From an uncultured Gammaproteobacteria bacterium (GTDB taxonomy: Bacteria; Pseudomonadota; Gammaproteobacteria; JACCXJ01): a stretch of 64,000 nt of DNA. The position numbers and the translations under genes were made by a program. The stretch lies in NCBI GenBank assembly GCA_963764725.1, contig CAVXTM010000016.1, forward strand, positions 277,598 through 341,597, read 5' to 3'. Shown here piece after piece: positions 33,176 to 42,540 of this stretch. The stretch's first letter is position 1. Every line of letters begins with the position of its first letter. The notes under the pieces were generated by a model that saw only the letters and a list, made by a program, of their open reading frames with translations, was not told where the DNA came from and made no database searches.

Positions 33176-34729
33176 TCAACGAACCAACAGATCGGTACCG
33201 TACCAGCCGACGATGACGTCCCGGTAATGTTCGGCCTTCCGGGTTTGGAGTCGTTCGAGGGGATTGAAATTGTCCGTCAGAGTCACGCCTTGGGTCTCGT
33301 TCACCGCGACGATCCGGTTCTTCAGCCACGCTGCTTGCTCTGCTCGGAGTCCCGGGGAGTTGAGGTCGATGGGTCGGCCAGCCGCGAGGAAGATGAAGTC
33401 GTTGAAATCCTTGCCGGGTTCGGAAATAAAGACCGAGTGATGGGGAAACACCTGCGCGATGGTGCGCCCGACGGACGCCAGGGCGGCATTCTGGCCGCCC
33501 TCCGAAAAGGCCACGAAATTAAGAGCGAGAATGCCCTGGTCTGACAGGAGCCCGCGCAGTTGAGACAAAGTCTCGACGGTCAAGAGGTGCACCGGTTCCG
33601 ATCCTCCGGTGAAGCAATCATGGATGATCAAGTCGTAAGGGCCGGTCAAGCGGCCGATTTCATAACGTGCGTCACCCACCATGGCTTGGCCCGTGGGTTC
33701 AAACCCAAAGTATTCGGACGCGGCGCTCGCCACTGCCGGATCGATCTCCAAAGTGTCGGTCACGATCCCGTAGCGGTCACGCAGCGTCGTTGCCATATGG
33801 CCGGCGCCCTGGCCGATGAGCAAGGCCCGTGTCATGTTGGGCGCCAAGGCCGGAATCAAATGAACGATCTCCTGGTAGGTGAGCCGGTTGTCGCCACTCG
33901 ATATGCTGGCGGCGCCGATCGTCGAAGCATCCGACATGAGAAGACGAAGATCGCCTTCTCTTTGATCAATCACCCGCACCCAACCGTACAGGCTTTCCCG
34001 CTCGGAACGGATTTGAAAGGGTTCCCCGCCGGTGTAAGCACGCCCCGCGCCGATGGCTTGGGGCAGCAATCCGATCCCGATCGCGGCCAAGAGAACACTG
34101 GGCAGCACGGCGGCGGTTCGCCCCAAGCGCTTTTGCTCATAGATCGCCACGGCCACGGCCAGCGCGAGCAGAGCTATACCCAGACCGATCAGGATCTGGC
34201 GTGAGCCCACCAAGGGAAACAGAAAGAAGCCCAATACCAAGGTGCCGACAACGCTCCCGAGCGTACTGACGGCATAGATCGAGCCGGCGCTGGAACCAAC
34301 GCCTTCCAAGCGTGAGGTCGCGAGCTTGATGGCATAGGGCCCAACCATGCCTAGCATAGTCAGACTGGGCGAGAACAACACCAGCGCGCTCACGAAGGCG
34401 CCCGCTCGCAGGCCCAAAGGGTCGGTCGCCATCAAGACCGGCCGGGTTACCCACGGGATTAAGAGTGTAAACAGGGCCGCGAGTGAAATGACGAGTGAAA
34501 GTCCGGTGCGCTTCGCCCGGTCAGCCCACCGGCCGCCGGCAAAATAACCAATGGCAAGCGCGATCAACGCCACGGAAATCAGCGATGACCAGACGTAGAG
34601 GCTCACGCCGTAGAACGGGGCGATGATGCGCGTACCCAGAAGCTCGATTACCATCACCGCCGCTCCGGTCAGGAACACGGTCAGATAAAGCCCGGCACGT
34701 TCGTAGACGTGCAGTGGTTTGTAAGACAT
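33176..34729 (-). CDS. Spermidine-synthase-family protein fused to an N-terminal polytopic membrane domain
   Basis: About 200 aa with roughly seven TM helices, then the spermidine-synthase fold (LLIGQGAGHMATTL...DLIIHDCF). Confidence 0.7.
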   Translation of the reverse strand: MSYKPLHVYERAGLYLTVFLTGAAVMVIELLGTRIIAPFYGVSLYVWSSLISVALIALAIGYFAGGRWADRAKRTGLSLVISLAALFTLLIPWVTRPVLMATDPLGLRAGAFVSALVLFSPSLTMLGMVGPYAIKLATSRLEGVGSSAGSIYAVSTLGSVVGTLVLGFFLFPLVGSRQILIGLGIALLALAVAVAIYEQKRLGRTAAVLPSVLLAAIGIGLLPQAIGAGRAYTGGEPFQIRSERESLYGWVRVIDQREGDLRLLMSDASTIGAASISSGDNRLTYQEIVHLIPALAPNMTRALLIGQGAGHMATTLRDRYGIVTDTLEIDPAVASAASEYFGFEPTGQAMVGDARYEIGRLTGPYDLIIHDCFTGGSEPVHLLTVETLSQLRGLLSDQGILALNFVAFSEGGQNAALASVGRTIAQVFPHHSVFISEPGKDFNDFIFLAAGRPIDLNSPGLRAEQAAWLKNRIVAVNETQGVTLTDNFNPLERLQTRKAEHYRDVIVGWYGTDLLVR

Positions 34730-34756
34730 GTGGATTGAACAGGCCTTTACCGCCCC

Positions 34757-35731
34757 TCAGGGTTCATCGAGCACGGCAAAGGCCGGCGCATCCCGCGCGC
34801 GGCTCGGTGGTGCCACGCATCCTTCGCTACTGGCTGGCGCCGCGAGCGAGCCACCGGCTTCACCGTGCACGTCTACCCAGAAATGCGGCAAACCCATGCC
34901 CGCCAGCCATGCCGGGCCGGCAGCCTCCTTGAGCATGGCAATCGTCGAGGCACTGCCCGCGATGAGACACAGATCGCCAACTACGCTGACCGACGCCAAG
35001 TGGCGCACCGGCCAACCGGTTTTCGGGTTGAGGATATGACCGTAACGCACACCATCGAGCACGATGCAACGCTCGTAGTCACCGCTACTGGCAAGCCCGC
35101 CGTGGTGCAACGAGACCGTTTGTATGAGGGCCCCCGGACGACGGGGATGGCGTATGCCTATCCGCCACGGGTTGCCATCCGGTCGCGGCCCGATGACCTT
35201 GATGTCGCCGCCTAAATTGACGTGGCCGGATCGGGCGCCGGCCTCGTAGCATAGCGTTGCTGCCCGATCGACGGCGTATTCCTTGACGACACCGCCGAAA
35301 TCAATCTCCATGCCCGGCAGTGGAAATTCGAGAACGGGAGGTGTCCAGCGGAGCCGGTGCCACCCGACCTTGCCGAGTAGGCTTTGGATCTGCGCCCCAT
35401 CGGGCAGCGCGCCTCGATCGAAGCGCCACGCGCGACGCAATATACCAGAGCTGATGTCGAAGAGCCCATCGCTCTCACGGTAACAGGTCGCGGCGTAATT
35501 GAGCAGCCCAACAGTCTCTTGGTCTACGGAGATGCTTCCCCCACGGGATGCCACGCGATTGATCTCCGATAGAAAGCTGTCGCTGCGAAAGCGCGAATAA
35601 CGCGCTTCCAGCCGGTCGACTTCAGCGATGGCGATGCCCGCAATGCGCTCGGCTTCTGCATGGCTTGTGGCAAAGAGCTGGATCTCACAGGGAGAGCCCA
35701 TCGCCTTGAAAGCCAAGCGGTAAGACCTCAT
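34757..35731 (-). CDS. apbE: FAD:protein FMN transferase (ApbE family)
   Basis: AMGSPCEIQLFA...EINRVAS...GGVVKEYAVDRAA...SGDYERC... are ApbE motifs. The start is taken at MRSYRLAF. Confidence 0.75.
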   Translation of the reverse strand: MRSYRLAFKAMGSPCEIQLFATSHAEAERIAGIAIAEVDRLEARYSRFRSDSFLSEINRVASRGGSISVDQETVGLLNYAATCYRESDGLFDISSGILRRAWRFDRGALPDGAQIQSLLGKVGWHRLRWTPPVLEFPLPGMEIDFGGVVKEYAVDRAATLCYEAGARSGHVNLGGDIKVIGPRPDGNPWRIGIRHPRRPGALIQTVSLHHGGLASSGDYERCIVLDGVRYGHILNPKTGWPVRHLASVSVVGDLCLIAGSASTIAMLKEAAGPAWLAGMGLPHFWVDVHGEAGGSLAAPASSEGCVAPPSRARDAPAFAVLDEP

Positions 35732-35896
35732 GCCGTTCATGTTCAAAACCACGTTCGCGGTCGATGTAGCCCGGGTCGAACGCAGCCCCGCCCCGCCGCG
35801 GTGAGTGCCCGCGACTAGTCCCGGTCGCTCAAGCGGTGGCGGAACGTAGCTACGCCACATATTCTCAGGCACATGACGCACGCTAAACAAGGCCCA

Positions 35897-36901
35897 TCAA
35901 AACGTCAGGCTGAAGCTCACGAACAGTGAGCCGTCACGTTCGAGCTGGAACCCGTTGAAGTCGTCCTCCACGGGTTGCAGCCACTCGACGCTCAAACGGT
36001 TGTCCTTAAGCCCGGCGATCGGAATCTCGGCGCTGAGCCCGAAGCCCACGTCCCAGAACTGCCCGCCGTAGTTCTGCGGGAAGTCCACCGGGCTCAGTTC
36101 CGAGTGCACGTCGTTGAACTCGCCCGTGATCTCCCCTTGCGTCGTGTAAACGCCGCGCACCGAGGCGGAGAGCCAGTCGAACAGGCCGATGCTTCCCCAG
36201 GCGGTGGCCTGGAACTGATTGCCCAACGCATAGCCCGACTCGTTCGCGTTCTCGAGGCGATCGATGCCGCTCACTTGCCCCCCCCACGACCAGCGCCCCC
36301 ACGCGCCCGTGTAGGTGAGGTTCGGCAGCAGATCCCAGGTGCCGCTGCCGAGCTGCATGCCATAGTGATAAAAGCCTTGATCCGTTTGATGGCTGCGTCT
36401 GAGCTGCTCGTCGACGGAGCCGGTCGGTGCGCTCACGCCCAGAGCCAGGTGCAGGTGATGTCCGGGCACATCCAACAGTTTGAAGAGCGCGTACATGGAG
36501 GTGTCACCGACGCCGCCCGTGGCTTCGGAGTGGAGCACATGGTGCTGTTCACTGCTGTCGAGCTGAGCGCCTTCGAGGGCCTGCATCGACATCTCCATGT
36601 CCACGAACTGCGGCATGAGCATCAGGTTCAGCCAGTCGGTCGGGGCGTACATGATGTCGATCATGTGCATGTTCATGGTGTGGTCGACCGGCTTCACTTT
36701 GCACGGCACCGAGCCACAGCCATTGCTGGTGATGACGGCATCGCCGACGGCGTCCGAACCGCGCAGGATGTTGCCGTCCTGACTGTGGTACATGTAGCGG
36801 TAGTCGACCATGAAGTCGCCGGCCTCGGGCAGCATGTGGTCGAGCATGACACCCGCCGGCGCGTGGCCGTGGGCGTGCGACGTGGCTATCGTGGGCGTCA
36901 T
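35897..36901 (-). CDS. Outer-membrane beta-barrel protein with a His/Met-rich N-terminal region (possibly CopB/PcoB-like or MetA-pathway porin-like)
   Basis: Ends ...SLFVSFSLTF (C-terminal aromatic). N-terminal SHAHGHAPAGVMLDHM... and Met clusters MNMHMIDIMY, MLMPQFVDMEMSMQ. Its start ATGA overlaps the stop of the upstream ORF. Confidence 0.5.
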   Translation of the reverse strand: MTPTIATSHAHGHAPAGVMLDHMLPEAGDFMVDYRYMYHSQDGNILRGSDAVGDAVITSNGCGSVPCKVKPVDHTMNMHMIDIMYAPTDWLNLMLMPQFVDMEMSMQALEGAQLDSSEQHHVLHSEATGGVGDTSMYALFKLLDVPGHHLHLALGVSAPTGSVDEQLRRSHQTDQGFYHYGMQLGSGTWDLLPNLTYTGAWGRWSWGGQVSGIDRLENANESGYALGNQFQATAWGSIGLFDWLSASVRGVYTTQGEITGEFNDVHSELSPVDFPQNYGGQFWDVGFGLSAEIPIAGLKDNRLSVEWLQPVEDDFNGFQLERDGSLFVSFSLTF

Positions 36902-37195
36902 GGTGCGCCGCCGGCAGCGGACAAGGCTGCGTCGAGGCTGACATTCAACGCCGCATTGACCTGATAGTAGTTGAAATCGGCATAGTCGCCCTCACCACCT
37001 CCGCCGAGCTTGAGCCCGCCCTCATGGGTGTAATACTCGAAACCGGCCTCGAGACTGATCCCCCTAGCGAATTCCTTGCTCACGATCAATCCGCCGCTCA
37101 AGGCCCCATAGCCCGACAGGCGGTGGTCGCTGGAGAAGTTGGCCGGAAGTTTTTTCGGATCGAACGGGATGATTGTGACGTCTCCCGTCAGGTCA

Positions 37196-38460
37196 TCAAA
37201 AATGAACTGTTTGGTATGCTTGCCTGGAGATGAGAAACGGCTGATAGAAATCGGCGGCGTCTTGCGAGTAATAGCGAATCCAGGGCATCACGGTCCAACC
37301 CCGGCCTAGCGGTTGACCCCAGCTCGACTCGAGGGTGTGGGCATCGATCCCCCAATCATCGGAGTAGAAGCGGTATCCGAGATGCAGGGCCGCATTCAAT
37401 GGTTCGACATACTGCACATAGCGCGCGTCCCAAGTCCATTGGTTACGCGTATCGGGCCGCTGTTCCAGGAGGGCCTGAACTTGCCCAAAAAACCCGCCGG
37501 GAGGTGCCAAGAACTGTTGCTCGGGATCGATGAACGCGACCTCCATCACCTTGTAGGGGTTCGCCAGATATCCTGTGCTGCGGGTATAACCGAGGGTGGT
37601 CTCGATGAGCGAGTCATTGGTCAGGACCTGCGTCAGACCAAAACGCGTAGCCCAATCCTGTCGATTGCCCTCCAGGGTGTCGATGCTTAAATCCGTCGTG
37701 TTTGGCACCGGCGTCTTTTCAATCTGGTCCGTGTATGCGGAGGTATCGATGTAGGGAAGAGCGTCGTGATCGAGTATGGCCTCGGTGTCGCTGGCGGTGT
37801 AACTCAAGCCCAGGTTCAAGGTGGTGCGCTTCTGATTGAGGTCCCAGCGCCCGCCCAGGCTGCCCCATCGCGATTCATAGTCGTTCTCCAGGGAGATGCC
37901 ACCGCCCACATCCAGCGCCGCCTCGTTCCACTCGTAGCTCAGCCCGAAGTCCCCCTGCTTGCGCGCCTCGGGTGAGGCGAAGGAGATCGTATCCACCAAT
38001 TGCCCGTTTTTTTGAAAGAGCTGGTTACCATCCTCGTCGAAGAGTACTTCGAGCGGGTTGAATTGAGAATCGAAAAACAGATCACCATTGATGAAAGGCG
38101 TCGCCCCGGAGACCCCATCCGGGGCTGTGGGACAATTCCCCCCCGAACAATTAAAGCCACCGGAAACAAGTCCCTGCGGTGCGGTGGCGATCGGCGTGGC
38201 CCCGGACCAGGTGTCCTGGACGTAGTTGGCAAAGAACTTCAGCCGATCGAAGAGCGTGAGGCTAGCGCTGCCATGGAGGCTGTCCACCAGGATAGGATCG
38301 AACGCGCTCTTCACGCCGAAGAGGTTACGTTCACTCTCTTGGTAGCGGCCATACTGAAAGTTGAAATCGTCACCCTCGGCGGCATGAGCAGGTGAGGGAG
38401 TCAGGCCGGGCAAGGCCAGAGCGGCGGCCGTCAGCGCCCGCGAGGATGCGCTTGCCTGCG
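37196..38460 (-). CDS. DUF3570-type outer-membrane protein
   Basis: TTG start, signal peptide TQASASSRALTAAALALPGLTPSPAHA; ends YQTVHF followed by tandem stops TGATGA. Conserved partner of DUF4266, tlpA and apbE. Confidence 0.6.
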
Positions 38461-38546
38461 TCAATGATTGCGGTCCGGTGGCCGACCGCCGCCCGAAGCG
38501 ACGCGGTAAAAGTAGCCCTGCGAGGTGCCGAAATGCGCCGCGCAGG

Positions 38547-38771
38547 CTAGTAACAGCCACACCCGCCGCCGGCGGTGGACCCACCGGCCAATGCGGCCTC
38601 GCGGCTCATGTAGGTGTGCACGCGTAAGGCGCGCAACGCGGGGTTGGGTTCCAAGGCCATGTGCGGCTTGGCGAGATTGCCGCGTTCCCACGGGGCTACC
38701 GGCGCGCAGCCCGGTAGCCCGATAGCCAGCCCAAGTAGAAGCGCCGTCAGCACCCAGTTAGATTTTTTCAT
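38547..38771 (-). CDS. DUF4266-type small lipoprotein
   Basis: MKKSNWVLTALLLGLAIGLPGCAPVAPWERGNLAKPHMALEPNP...GGGCGCY; lipobox plus the characteristic C-terminal GGGCGC. Confidence 0.7.
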   Translation of the reverse strand: MKKSNWVLTALLLGLAIGLPGCAPVAPWERGNLAKPHMALEPNPALRALRVHTYMSREAALAGGSTAGGGCGCY

Positions 38772-38801
38772 ATAGGGCTTTTCGTCGAACCGACCGAGCG
38801 C

Positions 38802-39296
38802 CTATCCGCCCTCGGGACGCTCCGCCAACAACTGTTCCACCAGCCCACGGAGCTGCTCAGCCTCTCCGCGCCGAAAGCCTAGGTGCACGTGGCGAATGAT
38901 ACCCTGGCGGTCCACCAGATAGGACGACGGCATCGCTTGGACGCCGAAGTCTCGGGGACACTGCCCGTCCGCATCGACAGCGACGGTGAAGCTGGCCGGG
39001 TGTTTTTCAAGAAAGGCCTTCGCATCGTCGGGTTTCTCATCCAAGTTGATCCCCAGAACGTGCAAACCCTGTCCCCGCAACTCGCTGTCCAGATCGTTCA
39101 AGAACGGAAAGGACTGTGCGCAGGGGGAACACCAGGAGGCCCAAAAATCGACATAAACAACCTTGCCGCGCAGTTGCCGCATGTCATAGCGTTGTCCATC
39201 GCCGACCGGGGTCAATGAACAGTTAGGCGCCGCCTGACCAGCTTCGAAACTATAGACGTTCGAATAAACCGCGAGCGCCAGTGCGGTGAGAAGCAC
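38802..39296 (-). CDS. TlpA-family thioredoxin / thiol-disulfide oxidoreductase
   Basis: VDFWASWCSPCAQSFPFL. The GTG start is preceded in-frame by TAG and an 18-codon ATG-initiated extension (MMAKDYDFLPLRISATRS). Confidence 0.75.
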   Translation of the reverse strand: MLLTALALAVYSNVYSFEAGQAAPNCSLTPVGDGQRYDMRQLRGKVVYVDFWASWCSPCAQSFPFLNDLDSELRGQGLHVLGINLDEKPDDAKAFLEKHPASFTVAVDADGQCPRDFGVQAMPSSYLVDRQGIIRHVHLGFRRGEAEQLRGLVEQLLAERPEGG

Positions 39297-39989
39297 CTAT
39301 GAGCGGGTTGCACTAATTCGCAACGGCAGGAAGTCATAGTCCTTAGCCATCATCTTCGGATCCAAGTAGCAGCCCGCGACCAAGCGCCGCCAAGCGCCGA
39401 GCTCAGCGAATCACCGGCTTACTGATTCTGCGTCTGGTAATTGACGTCCCGGTGTGAACCCCCGTAGCGGTTTCGCAATGGTAATTCGAGCGTGTAATTA
39501 TTTACGCCGCCGCGGATTTATCGACGTTATACGATGTACGCCCCGACGCCACTGTTATTGTAGCACCTTTGAGGACTATACGCTGCGTTTCCACCGATGG
39601 GATCCGTGCTGGTCGTGGAATGCCGCCCTTGTCGCGTCAACCTGCACCAGTGACGAGCCCGCAGTGTCGTCCTTCACGCGTGATCGTGAAGACGGACAGA
39701 GTTCGTGGAGCACGTGACGGGTAGATCATCGGTCGCGCCCGCCGCGGAAAGGAGCGATCCGATCTTTGAATCGCCAGACGCGATACGGCGTGTGCCTACC
39801 GCGACCAGCAACGATGCGTGCGAATGCGCTCTTAAAGAAAGTATTTTTCATACATATTCATAATAGTCTCCTTCAGTCGTTAATCGGGAAAAACGGTGAC
39901 CTGGGTATACTAGAGAAGCACTGACGGTCGGGTACGGCGGGAAATCGCCGGCTCGAGGAGAGCGGAGCCTGCCCGTTACGTCCCACTCG

Positions 39990-40560
39990 CTACTCACGTC
40001 GCGGTGCTCGCACGGCGCGATGTCCTATCTCCTCCAGTTTCATGGCGGCCAATACACGCACCGTCTCGTCGGTGTCAGCCAGCGCGTCTTGAAGTAGTGC
40101 GGCGCTCTCCGCATCTGTGCCGGCAGCTGTCCACCGCCATCAGCCTCACCGAAGCGTCGCTATCGCCCAGGGCACTGCGCAGCACATTCATGGCCTCGGT
40201 CTCCGCCATCTTTCGCCAAGGCGTAAACGCCCTGCGCCCGCACGCTCCCGTCCTCGTCCGTCAGCGCGGTCCGAAACACCGCTTGTACCGCAGGATCGTT
40301 GCGTTTGCTGCTCGCAGCCAGGCTGCCCAGCGCCTGCATCCGCGCTTCGGATCATCGGCCGTGCTCAGGTCCATGAGCATATTGAATCGTCATGCTCTGC
40401 CGCCGCGGGATCTTTACTCGTCGCTTGCTGCGGGGCCGCCCGCGAACATTCCGCACCGGTGTCTCCACAACGACCCCATTGCTACTACTGCTACCGTCGG
40501 GAGGTCCGGGCGGCTCCTAAAAGCCACACGTCCGAAGGCAGGGATCGGTCGCAGACTCCG
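39990..40560 (-). pseudogene. HEAT-repeat (PBS-lyase-like) protein gene decayed by frameshifts and stops
   Basis: Minus-strand translation across shifting frames gives DPAVQAVFRTALTDEDGSVRAQGVYALAKDGGD..., EAMNVLRSALGDSDASVRLMAVDS|AGTDAESAALLQDALADTDETVRVLAAMKLEEIGHRAV. Confidence 0.4.
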
Positions 40561-41023
40561 CTCTCTCGGGGGCATAGCGCACTATGCTGCGCGGCGTCAC
40601 GCCCAAAAAGACACTCGAGTGCACGCGTGAGGCGTCATGCGCTGGCAGGAGAGCCGTGACCACGCCTTCGGGCGTCACTACGTCATGGAAGCGGGTACCC
40701 GTTTTCTGCCGAATTCGCCGAGCACCTCTGTCCACGGGGCCCGCGTGACATTCAAGCTCATCAGTGCCGCGATGGAGCTCGATTTCCACCGATGCGGAAG
40801 GCCCTGCTTTCAAAAGCGCTCGAGACGGCGTGTCAGGCCCTGCGATAACATGGCTGTTCCACAGCATCATTCCCGGCACCAACGAAAGCAGCCCGACCTC
40901 CGCCAGCCCGTCTCTTACGCCGCGTTCGAGTACTGCTCATCGAATAAACACCCTGCGTGGCCATGTCTGCTGTCGTTCTAATTCTCCGACCGTTCGGAGT
41001 CTATGATTCGTAGCCGCGCTTGT

Positions 41024-41047
41024 AAATGCGACAAATTGTCGCACCCC
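41024..41047. repeat. Copy 2 of the palindromic repeat AAATGCGACAAATTGTCGCACCCC (plus orientation)
   Basis: Same 24-mer as at 32188-32214; forms an inverted pair with 41158-41180. Confidence 0.6.
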
Positions 41048-41157
41048 CACACTCAACATCGAGACCGGGGAGCGGCAAGTCACCGGTACGCTATCCTGCT
41101 TTTGCCTTTCGTTAATCCCGTAGTTTATATAATAGAACTCTGGTCATGGAATCAGTT

Positions 41158-41180
41158 CCGGGGTGCGACAATTTGTCACA
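41158..41180. repeat. Copy 3 of the palindromic repeat (minus orientation), CCGGGGTGCGACAATTTGTCACA
   Basis: Inverted relative to copy 2, about 110 bp away, giving a MITE-like unit 41024-41180. Confidence 0.55.
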
Positions 41181-41336
41181 TTCACACGCGATGCTCAGTG
41201 AGATAGTCTTCTTAGCAGGGAACAGCTAGTGATGCAGGGTACGACCAGTTGTCTCTGGCGTGCTTTTTAGTTGGTAGAAACCAGTTATATCTGTTCTGTG
41301 AATCCATAAGTCAATACAGGAACCATTTATGCCAAG

Positions 41337-42120
41337 CTTAAACATAAGAAGACTGACGATGTGCTCGCTGACGACCTTGCTGTGCACCGCAGGGCCGAAT
41401 GTCTTTGCCCACACCGGCGTTCAGAATGCGGCTGACCGCAGGGACGACGACCTATAACGGTTTCACGATAACGCACGGCTGTGGCGGCCATGATGAGACG
41501 AAGCCTCCGTTGAAGGTGTTGGGACAGTCGGCGGTGTTTCCGTTCGGAGTCGCCGTGTGGACGAACCTCAACCCACCGGTGAAATCATACCGACGGGTGG
41601 CCAGGGTATCGTCAGCGAGGACAGATGATTTTATCACTCTCAATGTCGGCGGTATTCAGGATAACGATCCCTTCGCAAAAACAGAGGAAGAGACGGATGA
41701 TCTTGAAAACGTGCGTGCGCTCAATTGGAAGAATGGCAAACTAGCGACCAACCTGGTCGGTATACCCGAGTGGCGGGCATCGGCGCCGACCATTCTGGAT
41801 AATTGCGTGTCGGCATTGCACGTGCGTATCGCGGTTGCCAACTGGTGCAAAAAGAACGCAAACGAAAAGAACGACCATGCTAACAACCGGGCCGACTGGT
41901 GGTTCACGGGACCGGACCAGACCGGGAGCACGCAGTTCGTCGATCCCGATCTGGTTCAGGAGGACTTCTGGACGACATTGACCGTTAACAACCCGGGCAA
42001 CCCGGACGCCCCTGCATGCACCGGGGAGACTCGCGAGGTTGCGGTCCAGCCGACGGGTGCGGACATCGATACCTACCTGCCATACAAGCCGTTCACCAAG
42101 AATCCGGGACCGTATTGATC
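41337..42120 (+). CDS. Exported protein with a mature N-terminal His and a frameshift just after the signal peptide; low GC
   Basis: ATG at 41337 gives MPSLNIRRLTMCSLTTLLCTAGPNVFA|HTGVQNAADR and then stops. The body continues in the +1 frame as ...TTTYNGFTITHGCGGHDETKPPLKVLGQSAVFPFGVAVW... to 42120. GC is about 52-55%. Confidence 0.45.
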
Positions 42121-42212
42121 CCGAGATCGTAGGAGAGTAGGAAAGCGACCGGCAGCCGAAGCCGCCTTCTAACTCGGTGGCCGGTCGTGGTGTAGCCCTT
42201 GTCCCAGGACCC

Positions 42213-42246
42213 TCGCTCGCGAGGGTCCTGGGACTTCCGTCAGTCA
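42213..42246. terminator. Perfect 15-bp-stem hairpin GTCCCAGGACCCTCGC-tcgc-GAGGGTCCTGGGAC between the exported-protein gene and glnE
   Basis: Exact inverted repeat; weak U-tract, so it is a structural or terminator candidate only. Confidence 0.4.
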
Positions 42247-42540
42247 GGTGACGGCGCCCGCGGTCCGCAGTAGAGAGTCCAGGCACCCTGCCATCTCGGT
42301 GGCCGTGCGGGCGAAGGTCTTGACCCTGACAATAATGGTAGCCATCGCCCCGCAGCTCGCCGATTCGGATAAACACGCGGGAATCGCGCACGGCGCGTGC
42401 GCTACCGAAACGGGCCGACGACTGCCGGTTGCGAGCCGATCTTCTGTCCTGGTTGCAGATCCTGCGAATAGAGTACGTTGCAACCGCTGGGCGACGCGGG
42501 GTTAATGGTAGCCGCAAAGCGCAAACGGTAAACTTGGCCG

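Noticed and set aside
35975-36964. 329-aa plus-strand ORF
   Set aside because: Antisense to the His/Met-rich outer-membrane protein gene; composition is Arg/Ala/Val-rich with no signal or motif.
36898-37196. Possible frameshifted C-terminal extension of the DUF3570 gene through a T5 run at about 37205
   Set aside because: The DUF3570 frame ends in YQTVHF followed by tandem stops TGATGA, which is the canonical outer-membrane C-terminal aromatic plus a double stop. A genuine end is more likely than slippage. The 67-codon ORF is left as uncertain.
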